DNA of 60,743 bases, the filler included, from Sphacelaria rigidula (taxonomy: Eukaryota): the NCBI GenBank assembly GCA_964200075.2. It is 4 parts of 4 records of this genome, joined end to end, with 100 filler letters (N's around TTAATTAATTAA, not from the genome) between each part and the next. Parts side by side here need not be neighbours in the genome. Positions count along the whole stretch, not along the records: positions 45,640 to 60,743 come from CAXNAA020001903.1; 3 more parts are not named here. One strand, given 5' to 3'. Position numbers and translations under genes: made by a program. Below the pieces are notes generated by a model. It made no database searches and was not told the origin of the DNA. It worked only from the letters and a program-made list of their open reading frames with translations. Position 1 is the stretch's first letter. The number at the start of each line of letters is the position of its first letter. Positions 48,504-60,743 of the stretch are shown here, in pieces.

Positions 48504-51500
48504 ATGGCCGAAGAGCGGCTTGACTTCAGGAAGCGCAATGTGGACAAGCCCCTAGTGCGGGGTCGGTTTGCGTTTTCTGCCACCAGCCACCCTGTGTTTA
48601 TGCCTGCTGATCGGATGAGCATCTCACATGTTCACGAGGTTGGCAACGAGGCAGCCGCCGGAAATGGAAGCCTCTCGACGAGTCGGCATGGACATTCGAT
48701 TTCATTTAGCGGCGGGGTGGAAGAGCTTGAAAGAGAGCCCATCGCCTTGTTCCTCTTGCGGAGCTCTGGTTCGGCGAGTGGGTCGGGAATGCTGCCTGGA
48801 TTGCGAGACACCGGGTTGCCTCTTCACGTGAGCACAGATTGAAAATTGCACTCTGTTGTTGGGCTCTGTCATGCAAGTATCTTCTGGGGGCCGAGTTATG
48901 ATGGGACCCAGTTGTCAACGTGCAAAGTGCAAACAATATGCGCAGCGTGATCGAGGGTAACAATTGAAGCCCCAAAAATGGACAGACAACTGTGACGCCT
49001 GATGTTTGCAACTAGGAGGATTGAGCTCTCATGCTGGTACTGGAATATCTAGAGATCGGTACTGTAGTTGGACTACATGCACAGATTTACAGGCGGTCGG
49101 CAGGTACACACATTCCAAATTCCTCTAACGAGCGTTGTGCGTGCCACTGGCGATCTCTGTGGTTTTTGTGTCAAGCCGCTTTTACAATTTCGCATCCCCT
49201 CATACTGCAATGGACATGATTGCACCGCTGCCATCTCTTCATGAACTCGAGGTAACTAACTCTATTTCTGATCGGTTGTTCAGGCCAACGAACAATGGAA
49301 CCCGGACTCTGCTAGCACTGCGCTTTCGAAAAATTCTGGCTCATGCAACATGACGGACTATGAGCAGTCGTCGGGAAAAGTACCTAATGGCTCTTGGAAC
49401 AACTCGCTGCTCGGGCACCGGAGGGTCCATTCTGCACCCAATATCATGGAGCACATGTCAAGTGATAGCTCCAGCTCGGGTTCCCCCCGCTGGGGTAATC
49501 CTCCCTTGCCATGGCTCTCTTCCGACCTTATGAAAAGCGGTGTACGCGAGAGCGCCATACCTGAGGGCCGCCGCTTTGAGGTGAGCATTTTTCCGCTACT
49601 TAAATTACATAACAGCAGGCAATCGACAACGGCGCCCAGACATCGAGTGTAAAGAACCGAAAAACGAGTTCGAGCGGCGATGCAAAATGAAGAAAGTTGC
49701 GCCAGCGCAGTGCCCCACACAAGTCGGTCACGCGGTGCGGAGTTGCTCGCCAATGTTTGCGCCGCTATTGTTTTTTGTGCGGGTCATGTTTATGTGATAT
49801 TTTAGTTCATAGTGTTGCACGTGTTGCCTTCGAGTTCGTTGCTACTTGTTTCGCTTGTCGATGGTCGTCATGTTCTTTTCAAAATGTCGTACTGTTTTGT
49901 CACAATGTCACCTACCGCTTGGAGAACCGTTACGTACCTGTATGTACCGGCCATGTATGATACCCCTGTTCTGCCCAGTGCCACCAATGCTGTCGGGCGA
50001 ACACAGATTTGTGTGTGTATATCGCTGCGCGCCGCTGCCACAATGGCAGCATTACATGTTGCTCTGCTGGTTTGTTCATGAAGTGTATCACTGCTTTGTC
50101 CGCACACCATACCATGTCTATATCTGTGTACACTTGGACGTTTTTGGGTGCGCACCGGCGGCGGGGGTAGTGGGGGTGGGGGGAGGAAGAGGGGGGGAGG
50201 GTTATTCACAAGAAAATCTGCTTGAAAAAAGGAATCCTGAGGGGCGGATGGCGCACGTCATGTACAACATGAAATCGTGTCTACTCTTGGGGGCTTTGAC
50301 TGGTACAATCAACTACTTCGAGTAGTTACCCGCCGCGTTCCGCGTCGAAATGAACAAAGTACATGCCATGTGAGTAAAACTCAACTCCTGTATAATATTC
50401 CGGAGCATAGATCTTGAAGTAGTTCCTTTACACCCCGATGAAGTTTGGGCAGCCAAGAGTGGCGGCATCGCACCTAAAACCACCTTCCACGCGACACGCA
50501 CACCCCTGCGTACAAAATACTACTGTAGTAGCTCAATTTGTCAACGTTTGTTGTCAACGAAGTTCCCGCCTGTTTTTGCTTACCGTTCCATGTCAAGCAG
50601 GCGCTGGAGCCTCCTTTGCGAACTGGGCTACCCGCTCCGCCTGCTCGGCCCCGATCGTGGCGCGCGAGGACGGCATCCCCACCGTGGGGTGTTAGTTCTT
50701 CCGTCAAGGGTCTGGCACCAACTGAGCACACCAAGTAAGCAGAAAATCTGTGCGCATCCACTACGGTACTCGTACAGGGGTGAAGATTTACATCCGGTGG
50801 GGGGGCTCTTGAGTGCTTCGCTGTGGGTGTTTCACCCCTGGTAGATCAGACTATGGTATCCCCCCTCAAAGTTTGTTGCCTTGGCTGTTGCTTTTCCTGT
50901 GTCGGCTTTGACGTTTTGATGGCCAGCCGCGCCGTCGGGCATGGAACGCTTCCTCAGCACACCCTTGATCACACTTGTTTTCTCCACTGGTATAAGTATC
51001 ATGAGTCTGCTTGTGACCTTTTTCAACCGTTGATTTTACTCTATATCCCGATGTTGTGCCATCTCAGCATTTCCAGCTTGGAATGGATGCCGAAACTGCG
51101 GGCGTCGTACTTTGTCGATGTTCGTAGTCCGCGCGAAGGCGAGGCTACTACTACTCCTGTCAGAAGCATGGTCTCAGACACCTCACAGATCGGCAGTATG
51201 GCAGCTGACACCCGCCCTTTCGAGGAGATAAAGCGGATGAGACTCAGTCAGGCTTTGGACAGCATGCCGCTCGATCGGGATGTGGGAGCACTGGCCATTG
51301 CACCGTCGCCCACCTTCGCAACTTGTTCTAGATCGCATTTTGACCCGGCGCGCACAACGCCGCGCTTCTCACCGGGCAAGGGGATTAAGGTTTCCGGATT
51401 TTCTGCATCGGCCACAAGCGGCCGGTCGGCCTTCGGTGGCGGAGGACCTAGGGACATGGGGTTTGGCAGACAACCGCTGTCGCCTGCGTTAACTGCCCCG

Positions 51501-54500
51501 CCAACCCCTCCGCCGGCACGGGCAGACTGGAAAGCGCCAGAGAATGATCCGTACTCGTTTTGTCAAACCCGAGTAGCGGAGGCTGACCAGGGAGTATTGC
51601 CGATGGAGCAGCGACCGCTGGACGAGGTAAACGCTGTGCAGGCGCTCATGTCAGTAGGGCGGGGGGCAAGGGCTCAAACTACCCCGATGTCGGTTCCCGA
51701 AGAGGAGATTGACATGACGAGCGTTGGTACGGGCAGTCAATCCAGCATGCAAGCAAATGAGGTGTGTATGTGGAAGTCTTTTTGTGGCACTGCTCGATAC
51801 TACCGTATTCCTTGGTTGTCCTGGTTGGCCTACATCGGGTTTGACTGCAAGCTGGGCCAGCTCAAAAGCGGCTCGAAGTTGCTCACACCAAAGTTTTCCT
51901 AGTTTCCCGAATGAACCCGATGTAAGCATGTCACTGTAAAGTGCAGACCAACCTGGTAACACACGGCACCGCCGCTGAATGAAAATATTGAAAAAAAATG
52001 TACTGCATAATATATAATGTATAACCTCAAGGACGGACAAAAAAAAAAGAGAGAATTTGTCGGGACTTGGACTCATGACTTCCATAGGAGTCTCTCATCA
52101 CTTGAATTATAGGGGTGCAGTAGCGTCACGTAAAATATTGCACGCACGGCCCAATTCGTCGACTCTTGAGCTGAAATTTCAGGAAGACCTTCTGCACCCA
52201 AGGAAATGACGCATCACGTGAGCAGCTGCAGATTCTAAATTTTTTCCTTTACTTATGACATCATCTTGTTTTTGCTGGAATTTCAAATCCCTATAACTTC
52301 CGTATTTTTTTTTTTTTCTTTGGTGCTCACGTGATCTCCTGCATTTCGATCATCATAAGCTGCTGCCAGAATTTCAGCGTCCAACTCCTGATATCGCGCC
52401 GTGCCTCTCCTGATCGAGAAAACCACCCTTTGTTGGCTGGCCCAGCTCGTACAGCTGTCCAGCTCGAGCGCCACACGAATTGCCTTCGCGTTCGAGTATC
52501 TTGTTGCGCCTTGGTCTACCGCGGGATAAGGGGACGTGAAATTTCGATTTTCCTTCACGTAACCTGGTCACACTCAAAGACTCAACCACCTTACAAGCGT
52601 AGGGTTGAGGTTTTGCGCACTATTTTGCTCCGAAACATGCACGGGACAACGTGAACACTGATATAGCTAGCCGATCGAAAACTACGCGCAGATGTCCAAG
52701 GGTTCCACTCCGTCACATGATCGACTCAAGTCGTTTGAAGGTGGCGACGAAGAAGATGACGGACTGGACAAAGATCTGTGGGTGGTCGTGGAGAAGGGCA
52801 GCTTGTGTTCTGCTACCGATTGCGTGTATCGGGACCCGGTGAGCCAGCGGTACATCATACCGTAGCCGCTTGTTGGAGGGGCGACGTGAATTTGAACAGT
52901 GTGATATACGCGAGGTCTCTTGAGTTATGCGTGTTGTTGCAGCCATCTCGGGCCCACTTTTGTATCGACAAGCTGGACACCTATACTTCATGATCGTCTT
53001 GCTCACCGTGCTCACACCCGCGCATCTTGAATGTGATGTTCGTTGACTGCATGCTCAGGTGGGGCGAATAGCATCCCGGAGGCACTACCACTCAAAATGC
53101 TCTCACACCCACAACGGCGGGGTGAAAAAGGGTATGGTTTTCCACCACCATCAGTTGGAGAAGGTATTTTTTTTCCCCGCTATACTGGCCTCGGTCTTTT
53201 TTTCTCTTCTGCTCTACCCATGCTGCTTTTGCGCCTATCCACGTACGTCTGGGATTAATGCCGTTTCATAATGGGGATCGTGAATTCGGCTAAGTGCGGC
53301 CGTTTCCACACGATGTGACAATGCCAACATTGAACGTCATGTCTTCCCTGTCGTTGACGAAACAACGTCGCTTTGCAGGTCCAAAAACATCAACGATCAC
53401 ACCAACGGGAGGCAACGAAGAGCGCCCCCTACAAGCGTACGACACCAGAAGACCACCAAGCCATGGAGGGTGCTGGGGTAGAGGGATACCGTCCGGAAGA
53501 CTGGGAACCGGAGGAAACGCGCCAGTTGGACGAGTTAGTCAACCAACTAGGTGACATGGCAGAACAAGTAAACCCCTTGCCTTCCAACTGCTTTGACTGG
53601 TCACAGTGTATCTTCAGAACTTCGGCAGTCCCGCCACACAAGTACGGACGTACCGGCTCCACTGTCCACTTGTCGGTCCGTGTACCTCACGCGCACAATT
53701 ACGCGTGAGAATGTCGTTCTAGCTGCGGCTGTGTGTCGGTAGTATATTTTATCTCACAGTACCTGATGTGAGTAATAACTGATGTTTCCCCTCTCACTTG
53801 CGATCTCCTTGACGTGTTGATGACAGTCGCACCGGTGACACACGCCTGGCCCAGCATTGCGAGGTTCTTCCCTACGAAGGTATGTGATGCGACGGGCCAT
53901 CGCAAGTAGCTTCACTTCTGACGCACGGGAACTAGAATTCGACATGATATGTGTAGCTTGATTCGTCAGGGTTGTCTCTTGGCTTCAGGGAAGTATAAGA
54001 TGGCCCCTTACTGAACACCAGGTCTACATGTGGTGTATCTTTTTGGTCCCTCGAAGCTCCACCGTGTTGATAGCGTTAATATTTCAAGTCGGTTTCCGAA
54101 TCAAGGCCGCCGAAAGTTTGAGGTGAGAAAACGTGGAGAAGCGTTGCTCCATGGAAGTTGTGGAGCGACTTGTAGTTTCGGTAGACCTGAGGTTGTTACC
54201 GTGTTGATATATATCATCATAGCTGACGCTGCTCTCGCATGTCGGTGTATACTGCTCCAATCCTTGCGAGCAGTCGAGCATTCAGTGTCTGCTCCATTGG
54301 CGATTCACACTGAACGACAACGGAATCATCCGCGGGAACGGGACTTGGGGCGCTGAGGAGGATGCACGGCTGCGTAAGCTGGCACCGGTGTTTTCGTCAC
54401 CCGCCACTGGACCACGGTGCGTTGATTTTTGTGGTGTATCCAGGCGTCATTGAAAGCTTTCAGCCTTCAAGTCTGTTCCAAATTCACGTGGATAAAATCA

Positions 54501-55157
54501 CTGTTGCATCATTCTTTGTGCATGCAGTTGGGCCAAGATCGCAGAGGTCATGCCTGGGCGCACTGCCAAGCAGTGCCGTGAGCGCTACAACAACCACGTC
54601 GATCCGGCTATAAAAAAGGACAAGATATGGACTGCTGAAGAAGATTCACTGGTGATGAAGCTGCACGCCGAGCACCACAACCAATTCGCCAAGATTGCTC
54701 GCTGCATCCCAGGTCGATGCTATGACGACGTGAAGAACAGGTACGTGCATGAGAGTCTTGTAAGTGTTGAATTTTTTCAAGAAATGCAGTGCCCGAATTG
54801 CAAAATCCTCAATCGAGCAGGCTTATACCTCATCAGGCAAGAACATTACGATTCCTTCTTCTCAACAACTGCCGTTCGTGTCTGCGTAGGTTCAATCTGC
54901 TGGTCAAACGCCGGCAGTGTGCCCGGGTCAATAACCCGGGATCATCCTCTGCCGTGTCTACCGGAGAAGCTTGCACCAGTGCCAGCGCGCCGACTGCGGG
55001 ATATGTTTCTTCGTCACATTCCCCGGCTGTATCCCCCGGCGAGAACCCTCGGGGGCTAGCCATACCAGATAGTGACCGGTTGGTACAGCAAGCTCCGAGA
55101 GGCGGAGTCAAGCGGTCGACGTCGGAAACCCTGAGTAGCAGGGGACCTGTATTCTAG
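48504..55157 (+). CDS. MYB transcription factor with three C-terminal MYB repeats and an upstream Cys/His motif, ~829 aa, 11 exons
   Basis: Exons 48504-48827, 49284-49580, 50601-50734, 51128-51761, 52692-52838, 53059-53163, 53379-53550, 53827-53879, 54274-54416, 54528-54740, 54890-55157; all GT-AG and phase-consistent (2490 nt). Repeats: DWEPEETRQL...WPSIARFFPTKSSIQCLLHW; TWGAEEDARL...WAKIAEVMPGRTAKQCRERYNNHVDP; IWTAEEDSLV...FAKIARCIPGRCYDDVKNRF. The 5' exons are low-complexity and less certain. Confidence 0.85.
51950..52450 (-). mobile_element. Second copy of the 23830-24290 repeat family, in a MYB intron
   Basis: Homology to 23830-24290; the right part also resembles ~45910-46075. Confidence 0.7.
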
Positions 55158-58100
55158 AGAGGGAGAGGTAAACGGTACCGTAGATTTCTGGTGTCGAAAT
55201 GGTGTATAGAAGTCAAAACTCAGATGATTGTTGAGAGTCCGGTCCTTGAGTCTCGGGCTTACAAAGTTTTTACGTTTGGCCAAGAGGGAAGTAGGTGCTA
55301 GCATACTTTTTGTTTGTTTGGTGGAGGTTTTGTGAGCGGTATGTCGGCGCAATTGATTTCTCGGAGCTGGGTGGTTTATACATACTCCTCGTTGCCTCCC
55401 AAGGCCCTTAATTGTTTATCCTCTCAACTTCACTTTTTGTCATAGCTGTGTTGATGGAATTTACCGGCTTTTTCTGGTGCGCTTGGGTCTCGTGTTGCCG
55501 GAGCCGTTGGAAAGGTGGTGTACCCACGTGTGCTGTCTTTTTACTTGCTTGTCTTCTAAGTATTGTCCGGTTTTTGTAAGTCGCGAATCGTGTCTTCTGT
55601 TAAAAGCGTGTTGAAAGCGTGTTGAAAGCGTGAGGGAGACTGGGTTTAATCGGGTGGCAGATAGTGTACTACGGTAGTGGTAGGTCGTTGGATGTAGCAT
55701 CGTAAATGCACAGGTCCCAGGTCGGGAATATGTGGATCTCCCGGACCCTTCCATTAGGCTGTAGCCAAAACCAGCTTTGTGCAGAGTGCGTCCGTCTCTT
55801 GCCAGGGTCTAAATGGATAGTTGTATGTTTGCACGAGCGTGCGGCGCTTGCTAGGAATCGACGTCTGCACGGCAGCGTTGTTGATGATAGGTAAAAGTAT
55901 GGGCTATAATAGTTCGTCGGGGTAGATGGAGACCAATGTGGCGCCTTCTAAAATAATGTAATAGGTTCGCTGCTGTGCTGTAAATTGTTGATATCCCCGG
56001 TCACGATCATGCGTGGACATTATATGTATGGCCTCGTGAGTCCAGTAAGCATGCGATTAGCGACTCAGGACAAGCTGCTGTGGGTGATGGGGAAAACCAC
56101 CAGTCTGCCACATTCGTAGTAAGTTAAAACTAATTAAACGATTTTTCCTCCGGACAACTCCGATATTGGTGGTTATCCAATGGCGAGCGGTGGATTCTGC
56201 AGTTGTCGAATTCTCGACCAAGCACAAGAGGAGGTCTTCCAGGCTGATTCAGGGACACACTACAGTGCACCAAGGTGCTTTAGTATGCATGTGGAGTGCC
56301 ACCACGACAAAACTGACTGCCTAGACTTGAGCGCGTGTCTTCGATATTGCTGGTAACTAGGAACTTCGGGACCCCGGAATGCATTCCATCCACTACTGTA
56401 TCTTAGTCGAAATGTGTGCGTCGTACTTCTCCTGACATGGTGCTCCTCGGGCTCGTCAATTTTGAATATGGTAGCTCACCAAATACATTACCCAAGTTGT
56501 TGGGCCAAGTGGCTTGTGAGATCGTGACAAAACAACGACTTTGATGTTTAGCCTGCTGCAAATAGGATTTTTCGAGAAGCTGTGAGAAGACGCTCATTCC
56601 CCGAGTGTCGAAATTCGATTGAAGGGGGGAGGGATCGGCTCGGCAGATGGCGAATTCAAGTACAAAGTAGTATAGTACCAACAAGGAATCCCTCAGTTCT
56701 AAGCCCCACCGGATGAAGGCTAGATGTCTCTACAGCATACAGAGTGCCCGACTTGAGCGTGAGGTCAATGAACTATAGTATGTTCTTGTATGGCGTGAAA
56801 ATATTTGATCTTACAGTAGTTTAAGATCAAGACAGTACATACCGCGACGCGTTCAAATACGAGCAGCGTGGGCGGCAGACTGCAGAATGAGGTTATTCGC
56901 TTGACGTGAGAGTTGTCAACCCGAACAACATGCACCACACGCAATTTAAAGTAACTGCGGTAAGAAAAGGGCGCACACATCATGTGTGAGCTCGAAGCCT
57001 CCGGCTAGGTACGGACCTCAATAGAGATCAGCCCGGTACAGCGACAACATCAGCCCAGCGACGCCACCAGCCCAATTGGTTGCTTACAGTAAACACGTTT
57101 TCAGTGGACATGACAATCGTCCGGAGTACAGCATTTGGGCGTTAACTACTTTAGCAGTCTGAGTCGTGTTTCCCAAAGAACGCCTGTATTTCCCCCCCGA
57201 AATTCGGGGAGGGGGGGAAGGTGAGGTTGGCGGAGGGTGGAGTTGACATTATTCCCCTGACTATTAATAGTACCCCTTGCGATAGGACCAATATACTCGG
57301 TTTCTTTCATATCCCAATTTGTACACACTGTCAACCAGTTTCAGTTAGAAGCGTGCACGAGATGACTCGCTCGCAAACCACTGCCTTGCGACGTGTGTGT
57401 GTATGATGTTTTCCAAGATAAACAGCGGCCAGTCAGAAAACTGAAAACTTGTGCACGCAGTTCATCTCGCCATGATGAGTATATGTCAACACTGGATTTG
57501 TATCACTTTGACCGATTCGGGTTCCTGTGTCGTGTGCCAGCAGTGCTGCCCCAGTTCTCTTCGTAATATGATTTGGTGCGATTGAGGGACCCGCGGCGTC
57601 CTGGGCAGATAGCATGTTAGCATGTTTTCTGGATGAAAAGAGATAAGTACTTCTCGCCTGTTCGCTTGCCGCAGACTCGCAAAACAAGTGCCCCTTGGAT
57701 TCCTTGGGAGAGCGAACTTAAACCCTGTTTCGTGAGAACCGAGCGTACTCGGCAAAAATTCGGCAGCGTTGATACCCCCTTTTTACATAAATGTTTCCTC
57801 CACCCTTCATGACCTCATGGCACAGAAATGAAGAGGAGGCCAGCCGACTGCGTGCGATTAGACGGAAGACCAATGAAGCCCATATAGCACAGCAATGACG
57901 ACGGTCCAGAGAAGGGGGGGGTGGGGAGTGAACCCCCCCGATGAGGGTTGTCGTTATGTCATGCAGTGCTTGTCTTGATACACCTGGCCGAACGGTGGAA
58001 CCTTGCGATTCTTACTTCTTTAATTGGCGGTATTTGGGGCCTTGAGTCTCGCCCGTAGTCGGACCCCACGTTCATTTCTACTTGGCGTGGCGCGTCGAGT

Positions 58101-58358
58101 TGGAAAATTGGGTGCCACCCCCTGAAGTCCGGATGGCCACCTGCGGCACCGGATATTCTGAGGTTAGCCACGTGTACTCTCTTTCTTTTTCATCATAAAT
58201 CCCTGTTTTGCTTGTATCGCGTTTTGTGAGTTTTGATCTGGGTCTATTTTGTTTTTGGGGGGCGGTTTACTAGCCTGTGACCACGGAAGGCGTCCGCATC
58301 AGATGCCCAGCACGAATGTACCGCGCAGATATCGGAACGGTTTTTAATGTGAAGACGG

Positions 58359-58373
58359 CAACGACAACAACAA

Positions 58374-58414
<41 letters not shown>

Positions 58415-58419
58415 GCAAC
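58359..58419. repeat. (CAA)n microsatellite just 3' of the Maf stop codon
   Basis: Read directly. Confidence 0.95.
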
Positions 58420-58497
58420 CCTTAGTGCTGTAAATAGAGTGCTCTGTGAATTCCACGTTGAAGCTGGTTGTTGTGGACAGACTTATCGTATCGCATG

Positions 58498-60100
58498 TTA
58501 CCGCTCGCTCCCGATTTGATCAAGCAACCTAAGCACCAGGGACTTGGACAATCCCATGACTGAATCTATTGTGCCATCCATTTTCAGGATGTACGGTTTC
58601 ACTAACTCGTGCTCAACCATCAAGCCACCAGCGCACTGCAGCACGGTGCCTTCTTGACACAATTGCGCCACCACGCTGTCAGGGATCTGGCGGACAAAAG
58701 GGCACACAGAGAAGGACACGTCAAGTACAGGGGCGAAATGACGTCAGGAGCGAAACCTTGCGCCATGGAACACCGCAACTGCCCCAATCATGTTTTACAT
58801 TCGAAGCAAGACTGCTGATAATACGAGCACAAATATCACCGCCCATTGCGGCCGCTTATCTTATTCTCGTTTCAAACTGCAGCGTCATTTTCACGGTACA
58901 CTCATCCGCGGCGGAAGAGCTATAAGAGGTTGTAGTAGTGTGGAGTTGACCAAATGCGAAGATTCCACGGGCAATAATTATTTTTGATTCTGCACCGGTA
59001 TCGCACTGCCCATTTTTTTGTTTTTCAGGTCGGCCACTTATTTTTGTGGTTTGCTTTTGTTGACTTTTCAAATTATTCTTTTTTTGTTACGTCTTAGTCT
59101 ACCATGTCGTTCCGTTCGACTTTTTCCCCCCCTATTCCTTCTTTTCTTCAGCGAGTGTTTCGGTTTTGTTTTCCTTGGGTACGTACGTCTATCTTGAGAC
59201 CACGGCTGGATCCCTGGGGGGGTCAGTTAAAGTGCGACAATTAATCAATCAAATAAATCATTGTACAGTAGAACCCACACAGCTTTCATGTTGCGAATGG
59301 AGGATTTAGCGTTGTGCCAAGTACGAGAAAAGCGAAAATCTTACGCATCGCCCATAGTACCAAGATGCGCGAACTAGAAGCTCCAATTACGGCGTCAACT
59401 CCTCACCTCTGCAAAGGAGATCTCAGCTGTATCAACCCCTGACACCTGCTGCCCTGTCAACAGGTCGGTCAGCACCGCAGATCCAACGGTTCGACAAGGT
59501 GATCTCTGCGATAGCAGCAAGACAATGGAGAATCATGGTGACGAGATCAGTTGAGCATGGTTCGCCGTTGAAGACGTCGATGCCAACCAAAGCAAAACAG
59601 TGATTTTCCAAGAAAAAACACCGACGGGCTGACTCGACCAAACAAGGGGCAGCAACCGACAGGCAAAATATCAAGTACTCCGTATCGTACACTGGGTTGG
59701 TGCAGAGCGCACCCAGGTATCAAAGCCGCTACTGGAATAGGCAGCCAGGAAAAACACCAGATAACGATACACTGTAGCTACCCTCGGTAGGTCGGGTGTG
59801 TCCCATCACACTCAGCATCGTGATGTTGTTGTTCTCCCACAAGTGTAGCTGTAGCTCACCGCGTATCCGGCGATGTTCCGTCGAACTTCATTTTCGTCAG
59901 CAGGTTTCTCCAGTATGCGTCCCTCATGAACCACGACTTGGTCGGCGGTCAACAGGTACTTGGAGCCCAACGTACCCAGTTTTGCTTCAGCTTCGAGGAC
60001 AGGCAGCAGGGCCTTCGCCTTGGCCGCTCCAAGCTCCAGCACGAGCTCCCTCGGATCTGAAGTTCGGTCGCCGATAGCTGCCTCGTCAATATCTGCTGTT
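58498..60100 (-). CDS. maf: Maf-family nucleoside triphosphate pyrophosphatase (5'-partial)
   Basis: Exons 60100-59860, 59505-59407, 58686-58498 splice to TADIDEAAIG...LELGAAKAKA...LLTADQVVVHEGRILEKP...RSPCRTVGSAVLTD...GVDTAEISFAEIPD...CAGGLMVEH...GTIDSVMGLSK. These are Maf motifs. First exon not found. Confidence 0.9.
59010..59260 (+). mobile_element. Retroposon (LINE-like) 3' tail fragment with (AATC)n end
   Basis: T-rich tract, then GGGTACGTACGTCTATCTTGAGACCACGGCTGGATCCCTGGGGG...GTGCGACAATTAATCAATCAAATAAATCA; homologous to 9505-9745. Confidence 0.6.
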
Positions 60101-60676
60101 CTGTAGGAATCAACACCACAGGGGGTGGGTGCACTTGAGAAACATCATGAATGGACAAGAACGTCAGGGTTACTTCAGCACGGCTGTCCACAACAGTAAT
60201 GCTACATCGCAATGCGAGGTGGGTAAAACAGAGATGTGGATATTCTTTCACGAAAATTCCATCCCAACGATGTGTATCTAACCACAACTAAACTATTTGG
60301 TAATTGACACCGCCGTTCTGAAAATTAGAGGGATATTTATCCCAGCCCGTCGCCCACATCCATGGTTGACACACACTTTTTGTTGAACCGTAACCCGAAC
60401 TCAGACTCAAACCCAACGCATACCGAAATTCTCGGGAAATGGGTCAAACGGTGCCTCAGGGACAGTATGCTTCAGCCAAGCCAACCAATTCCGCGCAGCC
60501 CCGAAAAGATCCGAACGTGACAGTCCACCAAAACAGAGTATTTTTCAACCATGGTATTTGGGGAAGGGTTGGCGTCAGCTCTACCGGGAAAACGTCACCG
60601 ACTGGCCGTCCTGCATCATGAACTTGTATGACGTAGTCATAAGATCGTTGGCGTCGTATCCCTACAAAGCCGGGGC

Positions 60677-60699
60677 GGGGGGGGGGGGGGGGGGGGGGG
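60677..60699. repeat. Poly-G tract (23 nt)
   Basis: Read directly. Confidence 0.95.
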
Positions 60700-60743
60700 A
60701 TGTTTTGATCGAAGTCCTCAATCGTGAAGAATGTAACATTGAA

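Noticed and set aside
50823-51902. Stand-alone 359-aa protein
   Set aside because: It is MYB exon 4 (51128-51761) plus open intronic flanks.
16127-60100. Functional gene cluster of HAS1, AP3B, MYB and Maf
   Set aside because: The genes sit on different contigs; only MYB and Maf are true (convergent) neighbours and nothing links them functionally.

Overview
Eukaryotic, intron-rich, repeat-rich DNA. Small GT-AG exons, long introns and ~50% GC suggest a brown alga (Phaeophyceae); this is an inference. The window is not one locus: it is four contigs of 15114, 15114, 15111 and 15104 bp joined by artificial 100-bp N44-TTAATTAATTAA-N44 linkers. By hand-splicing I recover five protein-coding genes: (1) a 5'-partial small membrane protein (+, 8193-12306) that the ORF track largely misses; (2) a 14-exon HAS1/DDX18 DEAD-box helicase (-, 16127-28597); (3) a 5'-partial AP-3 beta subunit (-, 34060-44238); (4) an 11-exon protein with a Cys/His zinc-finger-like motif and three C-terminal MYB repeats (+, 48504-55157); (5) a 5'-partial Maf-family pyrophosphatase (-, 58498-60100). 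The rest is mostly non-autonomous transposons, a tRNA-derived SINE family, foldback hairpins and satellites. The most striking observation is a hAT-type MITE inserted exactly on a HAS1 splice donor: it rebuilds a new GT from its TSD and TIR and pushes the original donor 424 bp into the intron. I found no prokaryote-type system such as CRISPR or an operon.
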